Source: a virus. From it: DNA of 64,000 bases. Both the position numbers and the translations under genes were made by a program. The stretch lies in the IMG/VR virus record IMGVR_UViG_3300045988_060960; one strand, given 5' to 3'. The notes under the pieces are model-generated. The model was not told where the DNA came from and made no database searches. It was given only the letters and a program-made list of their open reading frames with translations. Below are positions 7,795 through 16,535 of the stretch, piece after piece. Numbering within the stretch: the first letter of the stretch is position 1; each line of letters begins with the position of its first letter.

Positions 7795-8241
7795 ATGTTT
7801 GAGGTTCGCGTTTTAATCGAATCCCCGCAGCTTGCGGAGGCCATCAACAATCTTGCCGCTGCCATCGGCAGTGCGAAGCAGATTCAGCAGACTGCACCTT
7901 CGCAGATCCCGGCTCCTGTTCTCAAACCGGCGCCTACCGATGTTACTGTGACGGTAAACCCTCCCTTCGCGCAGCCGGGTGTGCCGGTTGCCCCGGCGCA
8001 ACCTGTCCCTTCTGCTCCTGCCCCTGGTAATGTTCCTGTTCCCAATGTTCCTCTGGCTGAACCCCCCAAGTACACAGTTGACCAGATCATGGCCGCCGGA
8101 GCCACGCTGATGGATGCCGGTAAGGTCAACGAACTCATCAACCTGCTTCATTCGTTTGGCGTTCAGGCCGTGATGGATCTGAAACCTGAGCAGCTGGGCG
8201 CGTTTGCCACCGCAATGAGAGAACTGGGGGCAAAGATATGA
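7795..8241 (+). CDS. Hypothetical protein with a Pro-rich linker
   Basis: The ATG at 7795 follows AAGGAGGA. 148 aa. Confidence 0.6.
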   Translation: MFEVRVLIESPQLAEAINNLAAAIGSAKQIQQTAPSQIPAPVLKPAPTDVTVTVNPPFAQPGVPVAPAQPVPSAPAPGNVPVPNVPLAEPPKYTVDQIMAAGATLMDAGKVNELINLLHSFGVQAVMDLKPEQLGAFATAMRELGAKI

Positions 8242-9407
8242 GCGATCACGCACTTCTCTCTCCATCGAGCGCCCACAGATGGCTGCACTGCACACTCGCA
8301 CCTCGTTTGGAGGCAACGCTTCCTGAGAAGACGAGCGAGTTCGCCAGAGAGGGTACCATCGCTCACAGCGTCTGCGAGATATCTGCCAAAAAGCGGTTCA
8401 AGATGGCAAAAGCCGCTGAATATAACCGCGTAATTAAGAAGCTGAAAGCTGACCCGAGCTGGAACGACGAAATGCTCCACACCGCTGAGTTGTACGTTGA
8501 CCATCTCGCGGAACGGGCTATGGAGTTTGCAAACGAACCCTACGTAGCGTTCGAGGTCAGAGTTGACATCTCCGAGTATGTTCCAGACGCTTTCGGACGG
8601 TGCGACAATGTGATGCTGGGCGGAGACACGCTCATCATTACCGATTACAAGCACGGCAAAGGCGTGAAGGTAGAGGCCGACAGAAATCCGCAGATGATGC
8701 TGTACGCTCTGGGTGCGGTGAAACTCTACCGGCCACTTTTCGGGGGGTCGTTGAAGAATGTGAAGTTCTACATCGACCAACCGCGCTTGAACGCATACGA
8801 AGGCTGGGGCTGCTCCATCGACGAACTTTTGGAATGGGGCGAAAGCGTAAAGCCCATCGCTCAGAAAGCCTTCATGGGATTCGGAGAATATGCTGCCGGC
8901 GAGTGGTGCCGATTTTGCCGTGCGAACGGGCTTTGCAAGGCGCAAGCAGAGCAGCAGGTCAGCGCATTGGATGATTTCGCCGGCGTTATTGGAAATCCCA
9001 GCGCACTTCTTACGCCGGAGCAGATGGGCGACGTCCTTACCCGTGGCAAAACGCTGGTTGACTGGTACGAGGCGGTCAAAGAAAACGCCTTGGCTGCCAT
9101 CCTCAACGGAACCAAAATCCCCGGATACAAGGCTGTGGAGGGACGCAGCAGTCGCATCTGGACCAGCCAAGATGCTGCCTTGGAAAAGCTGCAAGCGAGC
9201 GGGATTGACCGCGCTGTAATCTACGACAGCGTTCCGAAAACACTCGCTCAGCTCGAAAAGATGCTTGGCAAAGCCAAGTTCAACGAGCTGGTTGGTGAGT
9301 TCGTGACCAAACCACAGGGCAAGCCTGCCCTTGCAACTGCTGATGACAGCAGGGCTGAATTCAGCAGAGCCGCGTCTGACTTCGCGGGTGTTGCTTCGCA
9401 GAGTTAA
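8238..9407 (+). CDS. PD-(D/E)XK (Cas4/RecB-like) nuclease, DUF2800-like
   Basis: The N-terminus LLSPSSAHRWLHC, the core ITDYKHGKGV and the Cys cluster WCRFCRANGLCKA match, as does its position at the start of the DUF2800/DUF2815/PolA replication module. Confidence 0.8.
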   Translation: MSDHALLSPSSAHRWLHCTLAPRLEATLPEKTSEFAREGTIAHSVCEISAKKRFKMAKAAEYNRVIKKLKADPSWNDEMLHTAELYVDHLAERAMEFANEPYVAFEVRVDISEYVPDAFGRCDNVMLGGDTLIITDYKHGKGVKVEADRNPQMMLYALGAVKLYRPLFGGSLKNVKFYIDQPRLNAYEGWGCSIDELLEWGESVKPIAQKAFMGFGEYAAGEWCRFCRANGLCKAQAEQQVSALDDFAGVIGNPSALLTPEQMGDVLTRGKTLVDWYEAVKENALAAILNGTKIPGYKAVEGRSSRIWTSQDAALEKLQASGIDRAVIYDSVPKTLAQLEKMLGKAKFNELVGEFVTKPQGKPALATADDSRAEFSRAASDFAGVASQS

Positions 9408-9479
9408 AGAGTTATGAGTTTATTCGATAAAAGTGAATTTGACGCAGAGCAAATGTTCCAGTATGAAAGGAGAAAAAAT

Positions 9480-10190
9480 ATGTATAACAACATCCCCACC
9501 AAGGTCCTGACCGGTGAAGTTCGTCTGTCCTATGTGAACCTTGTCGCCCCCCGCGTGAATAACAATGACCCCACGGCCACCCCCAAGTATTCTGCGACCC
9601 TGCTCATTCCGAAAACTGACGTCGCGGTCAAGCAGAACATCGACGCCAGCATCGAGGCTGCCGCCAAGGATGCCCAGGCTAAAATCTGGGGCGGTGTCCG
9701 TCCTCCCGTGCTGCCCATCCCCATCCACGACGGTGACGGCGTTCGCGAGAACGGCACCCCCTACGGCCCTGAGTGCAAAGGCTGCTGGGTCGTGACTGCC
9801 AGCTCGAAGAACAAGCCGCAGGTTGTTTCCCAGAGCGATATCAACACCGAGCTGCTGCCGCAGGACATTTACAGCGGTATGTACGCCCGGGTGACGATCA
9901 ACTTCTTCGGCTACAATCGCGCCGGCAAGCGAGGTGTGGGCTGCGGTCTTGGCAACGTGATGAAGACCCGTGATGGCGAGGCTCTGGCTGGCGGCGCGTC
10001 TGCTGCGGCTGACTTCGCCGGTATTGGTCAGGAGATTGCAGCTCCTGCTACTCCGGGATTCGGCGCGGCGATGCCGGCGACTCCCGGCCAGATGAATTAT
10101 CAGGGCGTAGGAACCAGCGCCCCTGCCAATCCGATGGGCGTCCAGCCCGGTGCAATCAATCCCCTCACCGGCCAGCCGTATTTCGGTTAA
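9480..10190 (+). CDS. DUF2815-like phage ssDNA-binding protein
   Basis: The ATG at 9480 follows GAAAGGAG. The product begins MYNNIPTKVLTGEVRLSYVNLVAPR. Synteny places it between the nuclease and the polymerase. Confidence 0.75.
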   Translation: MYNNIPTKVLTGEVRLSYVNLVAPRVNNNDPTATPKYSATLLIPKTDVAVKQNIDASIEAAAKDAQAKIWGGVRPPVLPIPIHDGDGVRENGTPYGPECKGCWVVTASSKNKPQVVSQSDINTELLPQDIYSGMYARVTINFFGYNRAGKRGVGCGLGNVMKTRDGEALAGGASAAADFAGIGQEIAAPATPGFGAAMPATPGQMNYQGVGTSAPANPMGVQPGAINPLTGQPYFG

Positions 10191-10199
10191 GTAGCGAAA

Positions 10200-10243
10200 G
10201 ACACGCGGCCGCAGTGTAAGCGGTCGCGTGTCTTTTTTGTTTT
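10200..10243 (+). terminator. Rho-independent terminator
   Basis: The stem GACACGCGGCCGC / GCGGTCGCGTGTC (one mismatch) has loop AGTGTAA and is followed by TTTTTTGTTTT. Confidence 0.7.
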
Positions 10244-10258
10244 AAGGAGGACAGATTT

Positions 10259-10630
10259 ATGGTCGAAAAAGCAAGATTTCGGGTTGAATACCCGAGCGGC
10301 TATGTGGATGTGGTCGTTGGAGAATTCTTCGGCGCATCCGATAAGGCGAAAATAAAAAAGCTCCTCCGACTTGCCAAGCGGCATTGTGCGGAGGAGCAGC
10401 GGTTAAAGTTGCGCGACGATATTCTTGCCGAGCACCAGCTGTGTGTCACGGCTCTCGACAGACTGCACGAGCTGCGGTTGGAACAACAGAACCTGCTGTC
10501 AGATTTCTTCGGCGGGATTACATGGCGGCAGCCTGACGCAATTACGGGCGCCGAGCGGGCCATTATGCGCCGACGTGATAAATTGATGTGGAGTTCGGGC
10601 CAGCTCCATGATGTGAGGTGGTTTGGATGA
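10259..10630 (+). CDS. Hypothetical protein
   Basis: 123-aa ORF after AAGGAGGA. Confidence 0.6.
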   Translation: MVEKARFRVEYPSGYVDVVVGEFFGASDKAKIKKLLRLAKRHCAEEQRLKLRDDILAEHQLCVTALDRLHELRLEQQNLLSDFFGGITWRQPDAITGAERAIMRRRDKLMWSSGQLHDVRWFG

Positions 10631-12612
10631 AACACCATCTTTCGATTGACCTTGAAACTTTCAGCAGCGAGCCGATCGCAAAAACCGGCGCTTACAAATA
10701 CGTGCAAAGCCCGGATTTTGAGATCCTGCTGTTTGCATATTGCCTTGATGACGGCCCCGTAGAGATCGTTGATCTGGCGAATGGAGAGATCCTCCCGGAT
10801 TGGCTCTACGACGCCATCTCGAACCCTGATTACATTAAACACGCATATAACGCGGCGTTTGAATGGTATTGCCTGTCTAAGTTCTGCGGACGCTTACTTC
10901 CGGTGGATCAGTGGCGCGATACGATGCTGCACGGCTTGTATTGCGGGTTCACCGCCGGCTTGGATGCCACCGGCAAGGCTCTTGGCTTGCCGGCTGAAAA
11001 ACAGAAGCTGTCGGTAGGCAAGGCCCTGATCCGGTATTTCTGTGTCCCATGCGTAGCTACCCAGAGCAACGGAGGCAGGCACAGAAATCTTCCAAAGCAC
11101 GATCCTGAAAAATGGGAGCTGTTCAAGACCTACTGCTGCGGGGATGTCACGACGGAAATGGAAATCGAGCGACGGCTATCTGGATTTCCGGTTCCTGCCG
11201 ATGTTGAGAAGCAATGGCAGACCGATTTGCTGATTAACGCCCGCGGTGTTTCCGTTGACATGGGCATGGTTCGCGGGGCGCTTGAAATCGACGCTACGTC
11301 CAGAGATAAGCTCACTCAGGAAGCGATCTCGCTCACCGGGTTGGAGAACCCGAACAGCATCTCGCAGCTGGCAAAATGGTTGGAAAAAGCCACAAGCACT
11401 CCGGTGACTGACCTGCGCAAGGATACGGTTGCTGAAATGCTGGAAGCGGCTGCCCTTCCGGGATCTGCCCGAAGGATGCTCGAAATCCGGCAGGAGCTGG
11501 GCAAAACCAGCACGAAGAAGTATGTTGCCATAGAGGCTGCTGTTTGCAGAGACAGCCGCGTTCGCGGGCTGCTCCAATTCTACGGCGCGAACCGGACTGG
11601 TCGTTGGGCAGGCAGACTTGTTCAGGTCCAAAACCTCCCTCGAACATACATTGGTCAGCTCCCGCTGGCCCGTGAAGCTGTCAGAGGTAGGCAGGGTGAG
11701 AAGCTGCAACTCCTGTACGGTTCAGTTCCTGACACGCTCTCGCAGCTCATCAGAACCTCATTTGTGGCTTCTGACGGTTGCAAGCTGGTTGACGCCGATT
11801 TCAGCGCCATTGAAGCCCGCGTTATTTCCTGGCTGGCGGGTGAACAGTGGCGACTGGAAGTATTCAGAACCCACGGTAAGATCTACGAGGCTTCGGCCAG
11901 CCAGATGTTTGGAGTTCCTTTGGAGAGGATCAAGAAGGGGAACCCTGAATACGCGCTGCGCCAGAAGGGCAAGGTTGCTGAGCTGGCGCTTGGTTATCAA
12001 GGCAGCTCTGGCGCTCTGATCGCTATGGGAGCTTTGCGAATGGGCATTCCCGAAGAAGATTTGCCGGACATCGTTTCTCGCTGGCGGGATTCTAACAAGC
12101 GGATCGTTGACCTCTGGTACTCTCTTGAAACCGCTGCTGTTTCCGTCATTCAAACCGGACACACAGCGGGTGTCAGAGGGCTGATCCTCGCCAGAGAGTT
12201 CGACGTCGAAAACAATCTGGATTTTCTCACCATTACGCTGCCGAGCAAACGGAAGCTGTACTATGCGAATCCAGCGCTTGGTGAGAACCAGTGGAATCGG
12301 CCATCTATCCTCTACCGGGGCGTGAACCAGACAACAAAGCAGTGGTCGCAGCTTGAAACCTACGGCGGAAAACTCGTGGAGAATGTAGTTCAGGCTATCG
12401 CGCGTGATTGCCTCGCAACGGCTATCGAGAACCTTGAAGCAGCCGGCTTTCCGGTGGTCTTCCACGTCCACGACGAAGTTGTAATCGACTGCCCCTCCGG
12501 AAAAGCAAATCTTGATGAGGTGGTGCAGATTATGACACGCACAATTCCGTGGGCGCCCGATCTCCCCCTCAATGCCGATGGCTGGGTGGGCGACTTCTTC
12601 AGAAAGGACTGA
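10627..12612 (+). CDS. Family A DNA polymerase with an N-terminal 3'-5' exonuclease
   Basis: Motifs seen: the exonuclease motif SIDLETFS, motif A DADFSAIEARV, motif B KGKVAELALGYQGS and motif C VHDEVV. The ATG at 10627 follows GAGGTG. Confidence 0.9.
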   Translation: MKHHLSIDLETFSSEPIAKTGAYKYVQSPDFEILLFAYCLDDGPVEIVDLANGEILPDWLYDAISNPDYIKHAYNAAFEWYCLSKFCGRLLPVDQWRDTMLHGLYCGFTAGLDATGKALGLPAEKQKLSVGKALIRYFCVPCVATQSNGGRHRNLPKHDPEKWELFKTYCCGDVTTEMEIERRLSGFPVPADVEKQWQTDLLINARGVSVDMGMVRGALEIDATSRDKLTQEAISLTGLENPNSISQLAKWLEKATSTPVTDLRKDTVAEMLEAAALPGSARRMLEIRQELGKTSTKKYVAIEAAVCRDSRVRGLLQFYGANRTGRWAGRLVQVQNLPRTYIGQLPLAREAVRGRQGEKLQLLYGSVPDTLSQLIRTSFVASDGCKLVDADFSAIEARVISWLAGEQWRLEVFRTHGKIYEASASQMFGVPLERIKKGNPEYALRQKGKVAELALGYQGSSGALIAMGALRMGIPEEDLPDIVSRWRDSNKRIVDLWYSLETAAVSVIQTGHTAGVRGLILAREFDVENNLDFLTITLPSKRKLYYANPALGENQWNRPSILYRGVNQTTKQWSQLETYGGKLVENVVQAIARDCLATAIENLEAAGFPVVFHVHDEVVIDCPSGKANLDEVVQIMTRTIPWAPDLPLNADGWVGDFFRKD

Positions 12613-12617
12613 TTACT

Positions 12618-12917
12618 ATGACGCGAAAAGAGCGCGAAGAAAATCCGGGCGAATCTTTCGACGGCGGATACCACCTCTACGCGAAAGAGAAGCATGACGA
12701 GCGCGTTGCAAAGAATCCTGATCGGATTCAATACGCCATCGAGCAATTCCAGCGGAACAACATTGAGTTCTCCCTGAAAAACGCCCAGACCGGGCACTTC
12801 CACTGCCGGCGGCAGTCGGATGACAAGCTGTTCCAGTTCTGGGCCGGGACAGGAAAGATCCTGGGATACGACAATGTTCGCGGCATTCACGCGCTGATTA
12901 AGATTCTCACGAGGTAG
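12618..12917 (+). CDS. Hypothetical protein
   Basis: 99-aa ORF immediately after the polymerase. Confidence 0.55.
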   Translation: MTRKEREENPGESFDGGYHLYAKEKHDERVAKNPDRIQYAIEQFQRNNIEFSLKNAQTGHFHCRRQSDDKLFQFWAGTGKILGYDNVRGIHALIKILTR

Positions 12918-12922
12918 TAGAT

Positions 12923-13156
12923 ATGGCACACGACAACAAATCAAGTCTCTATGAAAATTCGGAGGGCTACCTTGACCCCACAGTAGGCGAGGCGATGAGC
13001 AACATTGCTGCCGAACAGCGTCGAAAAGAGGCCGACAGACTTGCCGCCATCAGCGCACTCATTCCGATCCTGCGGCAGACAGCGGAACTTGTGGGCTTCG
13101 AGATTGTAGGCAGGGTGGTTCTTCTGGATAAGGAATCGGGCAAGAAGTACAGATGA
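12923..13156 (+). CDS. Hypothetical protein
   Basis: 77-aa ORF in the operon. Confidence 0.55.
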   Translation: MAHDNKSSLYENSEGYLDPTVGEAMSNIAAEQRRKEADRLAAISALIPILRQTAELVGFEIVGRVVLLDKESGKKYR

Positions 13157-13178
13157 CGGAAGGAGGTCGGAGCCGAAT

Positions 13179-15596
13179 ATGAAAAACGACCGCCAAATCA
13201 CGATCACCGTCGGTAATAACCGAAAGAGTGTAAATTGGCAGCCGCAGACCATCATGCTTTCGGAATTCTACGAAAAGCTCCGAATTCCGAGCCGTTCGAC
13301 AGAGACGATGCAGGAATATCTGGCTCTGAAGAAATCAGAGCAGGATGACCGGAAAGACATCGGTGGATTCGTCGCAGGCAGCCTGTCCGGCCCCCGCAGA
13401 AAAGCGGGAGCCGTGACGGGACGTGATGTGATAACGCTGGATTTTGACAACATTCCTCCCGGCGGCACGGAGGAAATAGAAAAACGGGTCGAGGGCCTCG
13501 GGTGTGGGTACTGTATCTATTCCACTCGGAAACACGCACCGGCCAACCCTCGGCTGCGGATTCTACTGCCGCTCGATCGGACAGTGACTTCGGATGAATA
13601 CGAGCCTCTCGCCAGATACATGGCGACTTGTATCGGCATCGAGTTCGCTGATCCGACTACGTTTGAGGCCACCCGGCTCATGTATTGGCCGAGTTGCTGC
13701 GCAGACAGCGAGTACGTCTTCGTGTTCGGAGACAAGCAGATGCTCTATGCAGATGGCCTCCTGCAAGTCCTTAACGAGAAATACGGCGACTGGCGCGATG
13801 TGAGCAAGTGGCCGCAGGTTCCCGGAGCGGACAACGCATATAAAAAGATGGCGATGAAGCAGAGCGACCCGCTGAGCAAAAATGGCGTAGTGGGCGCGTT
13901 CTGCCGGACATACGACATATATGGCGCGATGGACACCTATCTCGACGGGATCTATGCACCGGTGGATAATTCCAGAGGCCGTTTCACTTATCTTGGCGGC
14001 AGCACGACCGGCGGCGCTGTGGTGTATGACAACGGTATGTTCCTCTATTCGCACCACTCCACTGACCCCTGCTGCGGGAAGCTGGTCAACGCCTTCGATA
14101 TGGTTCGGCTGCACAAGTTCGGAGACCGAGATGACGGTGCTGACCCCAATACTCCCACGAATAGACTTCCATCCTACACAGCGATGTGCCAGCTTGCCTT
14201 GGATGACCCCAAGGTCTCCCGGCAGCTGGCGAAGGAAAGAGCCGATTCTGCGGTGAACGATTTCGGCGGGCTGGCAGCGGCGGCCAAAGAGGGCGAGAAC
14301 CTCGACTGGACGATGGATCTGGAACTGAACCAAAACGGCATGGTCAAGGCCACCATCGACAACATCTGGCTTATCCTTGAAAACGACCCGAACCTCCGTG
14401 GCAAATTCGCTCTAAACGAGTTTGCGGGTCGTGGCGAGGTGTTGGGCGACTTACCGTGGAGTTCTTTCGACCAGCGCAGAGCTTGGGCAGACAATGACAA
14501 TCAGGGCCTCTACTGGTACTTCGAGAAGGTCTACAAGATCACCGGAAACGGGAAGATCGACGGCGCTCTATCCCTGCACAGCGAGAAGCATAAGTTCAAT
14601 GACGTGCGCAACTATCTGTCCAAGCTCAGCTGGGACGGCTATCCGCGTCTGGACACGCTGCTGATTGAGTACCTGGGCGCGATGGATCGACCCTATGTTC
14701 GGGCGGTCACGCGAAAGGCTTTCACAGCTGCTGTGGCTCGGGCCATGACCCCCGGCTGCAAATACGATACGATGCTCATTTTGGCAGGCGCCCAGGGCCT
14801 TGGCAAGTCCACCCTTCTCGACAAGATGAGCAGAGGCTGGTTCAACGACGGTATCCGCACATTTGAGGGAAAGGAAGCCAGCGAGCTGCTACAAGGCGTG
14901 TGGCTGGTCGAGATCGGCGAGCTGGACGCCTTCAGGCAGACAGATGTCGCTCGCATCAAGCAGTTCCTATCCCTGCGAGCAGACCGCTTTCGGGCGGCCT
15001 ACGGGCGCCACGTGAAGGATATCCCGAGATGCTGCGTGTTCTTCGGAACCACGAATACCGCCATGTTCCTGCGGGACCGCACCGGCAACCGCCGGTTCTG
15101 GCCGGTAGATGTGGGCCTGCAACCGCGCATCAAGACTGTGTGGGACGATTTGGATGACGACACCATTGACCAGATATGGGCCGAGGCTGTTATGCGCTGG
15201 CGTTTGGGCGAGAGCCTATTCCTGACGGGAGAGTTGGAAGACGAGGCCAAAAAGGAGCAGGAAGATCACCGGGAGATCAGCAGCAAGGAGGGCATCATCC
15301 TCGATTTTGTCGAGAGACAGGTGCCGGAGGATTGGCAAAAATGGTCGCTGGATAAACGCCGGCTGTTCTTAAACGGTACAGTCGAGGGCAACGTAACCTT
15401 GGTTCCACGCAACCGAATTTGTGCGCTGGAAATCTGGTGCGAAGCCTTCGGCGGGCAGCCGAGAGATTTCCGGTATTCTGAATCCTCGGAAATCAACGAC
15501 ATCCTCAGAGCGATGCCTGGATGGGAGAAAGCTCCCAACGGTTTGCGCTTCGGATATTGCGGGTATCAGAGGGGGTTCCTTCGGAGAAAGGAGTGA
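13179..15596 (+). CDS. Primase/helicase of the VirE (virulence-associated protein E) type
   Basis: 805 aa. It has a P-loop (LILAGAQGLGKSTLLDK), FFGTTN and RRFWPV blocks typical of VirE-family phage replication proteins, and a prim-pol-like N-terminus (ITLDFDN). Confidence 0.8.
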   Translation: MKNDRQITITVGNNRKSVNWQPQTIMLSEFYEKLRIPSRSTETMQEYLALKKSEQDDRKDIGGFVAGSLSGPRRKAGAVTGRDVITLDFDNIPPGGTEEIEKRVEGLGCGYCIYSTRKHAPANPRLRILLPLDRTVTSDEYEPLARYMATCIGIEFADPTTFEATRLMYWPSCCADSEYVFVFGDKQMLYADGLLQVLNEKYGDWRDVSKWPQVPGADNAYKKMAMKQSDPLSKNGVVGAFCRTYDIYGAMDTYLDGIYAPVDNSRGRFTYLGGSTTGGAVVYDNGMFLYSHHSTDPCCGKLVNAFDMVRLHKFGDRDDGADPNTPTNRLPSYTAMCQLALDDPKVSRQLAKERADSAVNDFGGLAAAAKEGENLDWTMDLELNQNGMVKATIDNIWLILENDPNLRGKFALNEFAGRGEVLGDLPWSSFDQRRAWADNDNQGLYWYFEKVYKITGNGKIDGALSLHSEKHKFNDVRNYLSKLSWDGYPRLDTLLIEYLGAMDRPYVRAVTRKAFTAAVARAMTPGCKYDTMLILAGAQGLGKSTLLDKMSRGWFNDGIRTFEGKEASELLQGVWLVEIGELDAFRQTDVARIKQFLSLRADRFRAAYGRHVKDIPRCCVFFGTTNTAMFLRDRTGNRRFWPVDVGLQPRIKTVWDDLDDDTIDQIWAEAVMRWRLGESLFLTGELEDEAKKEQEDHREISSKEGIILDFVERQVPEDWQKWSLDKRRLFLNGTVEGNVTLVPRNRICALEIWCEAFGGQPRDFRYSESSEINDILRAMPGWEKAPNGLRFGYCGYQRGFLRRKE

Positions 15597-15602
15597 CGCG
15601 GT

Positions 15603-15941
15603 ATGGTTGTGAAAAAGGCTGGCGGAAAAATATACGGGGCGGTCTTTACAGCCGCCGAGCGGAAGGCCATGAACATCGAGATCGAGAGACAGCTTGCGGA
15701 GTATACGCGCAAATACGAAGTAGAGCTGAACGCCAGAGTTTTGTACGTTCTTCGAGAGCAGTTGGGTTTCGGTGAGCAGCGTCTGCGGAGGTTCTTCGAT
15801 CGGTTTCAGATCGAGATAGATGATCTGGTCAAATACTACGAGATGGGCGACGAGGACGCCGCGTGGCTCTGTACGAGGAAGCTCAAAGAAGCCGGAATCG
15901 ACGTCGCCCAGTGGTGCAAAGAGGCTGAAACATTGGAATGA
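15603..15941 (+). CDS. Hypothetical protein
   Basis: 112-aa ORF. Its last 17 nt, including the TGA stop, lie inside the 313-bp element. Confidence 0.6.
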   Translation: MVVKKAGGKIYGAVFTAAERKAMNIEIERQLAEYTRKYEVELNARVLYVLREQLGFGEQRLRRFFDRFQIEIDDLVKYYEMGDEDAAWLCTRKLKEAGIDVAQWCKEAETLE

Positions 15942-16237
15942 AACATCTGAATTTAAGTCAAACATTAGACACGAAATTCAAACTTTAGGCGGGAAATTCA
16001 ACCCAATGTTTCAGGCCGTGAATGTTTCAATGTATCGCCAATGTTTCACCAATGTATCGGCCAAAACCCCAGTAAAATCAAGGGTTTCCGGCGTTTTGAA
16101 ACATTGAAACATTCATTTCTATAAATTATGAAAATAGAGAGATTAGAGAGATTAGAGAAAATATCGCACGTCTCTAATCTCTCTAATCCGCCTGATTTGC
16201 GCGTAGTACGCGCGCGCGAAACGGCTGAATGTTTCAG
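15925..16237 (+). repeat. 313-bp non-coding element, copy A, bounded by 10-bp terminal inverted repeats CTGAAACATT...AATGTTTCAG
   Basis: It aligns end to end with the reverse complement of 41902-42214, which is the same length. It contains 8 exact TGAAACAT/ATGTTTCA octamers (15926, 15939, 16097, 16105 forward; 16006, 16022, 16041, 16229 reverse), an AT-rich block and an 18-bp hairpin (16141-16158 / 16171-16188). Confidence 0.85.
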
Positions 16238-16247
16238 GAGGAAAAAC

Positions 16248-16535
16248 ATGAATGAAAGTCGAATTGAGAGGCACCTCGTAGACGGTGTAAAAAGGCTCGG
16301 AGGAATGTGCGTGAAGTTCGTAAGTCCGGGAACTCCCGGCGTTCCTGACCGCATTATTATCACCGCCACAGGCCGCATCATTTTTGTTGAACTGAAGACC
16401 GAGACCGGGCGTTTGTCTAAAATCCAGCGGTATACGATTGGAGAGATGATGAAGCGCGGCGCTGACGTGAGAACTGTCAAGGGTCTCGACGCGGTGAAGG
16501 AGCTTCTCGCTGAAATTGGAGGGATGCACGTATGA
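16248..16535 (+). CDS. VRR-NUC domain nuclease
   Basis: ERHLVDGVKRLGGMCVKFVSPGTPGVPDRIIITATGRIIFVELKTETGRLSKIQ matches the VRR-NUC PD-(D/E)XK core. The ATG at 16248 follows CAGGAGGAAAAAC. Confidence 0.85.
   Translation: MNESRIERHLVDGVKRLGGMCVKFVSPGTPGVPDRIIITATGRIIFVELKTETGRLSKIQRYTIGEMMKRGADVRTVKGLDAVKELLAEIGGMHV

Noticed and set aside
16135-16188. GATTAGAGA short repeats that superficially resemble a mini repeat array or CRISPR.
   Set aside because: There are only two direct units on each arm of a single hairpin, with no spacers. I saw no CRISPR array anywhere in the window.
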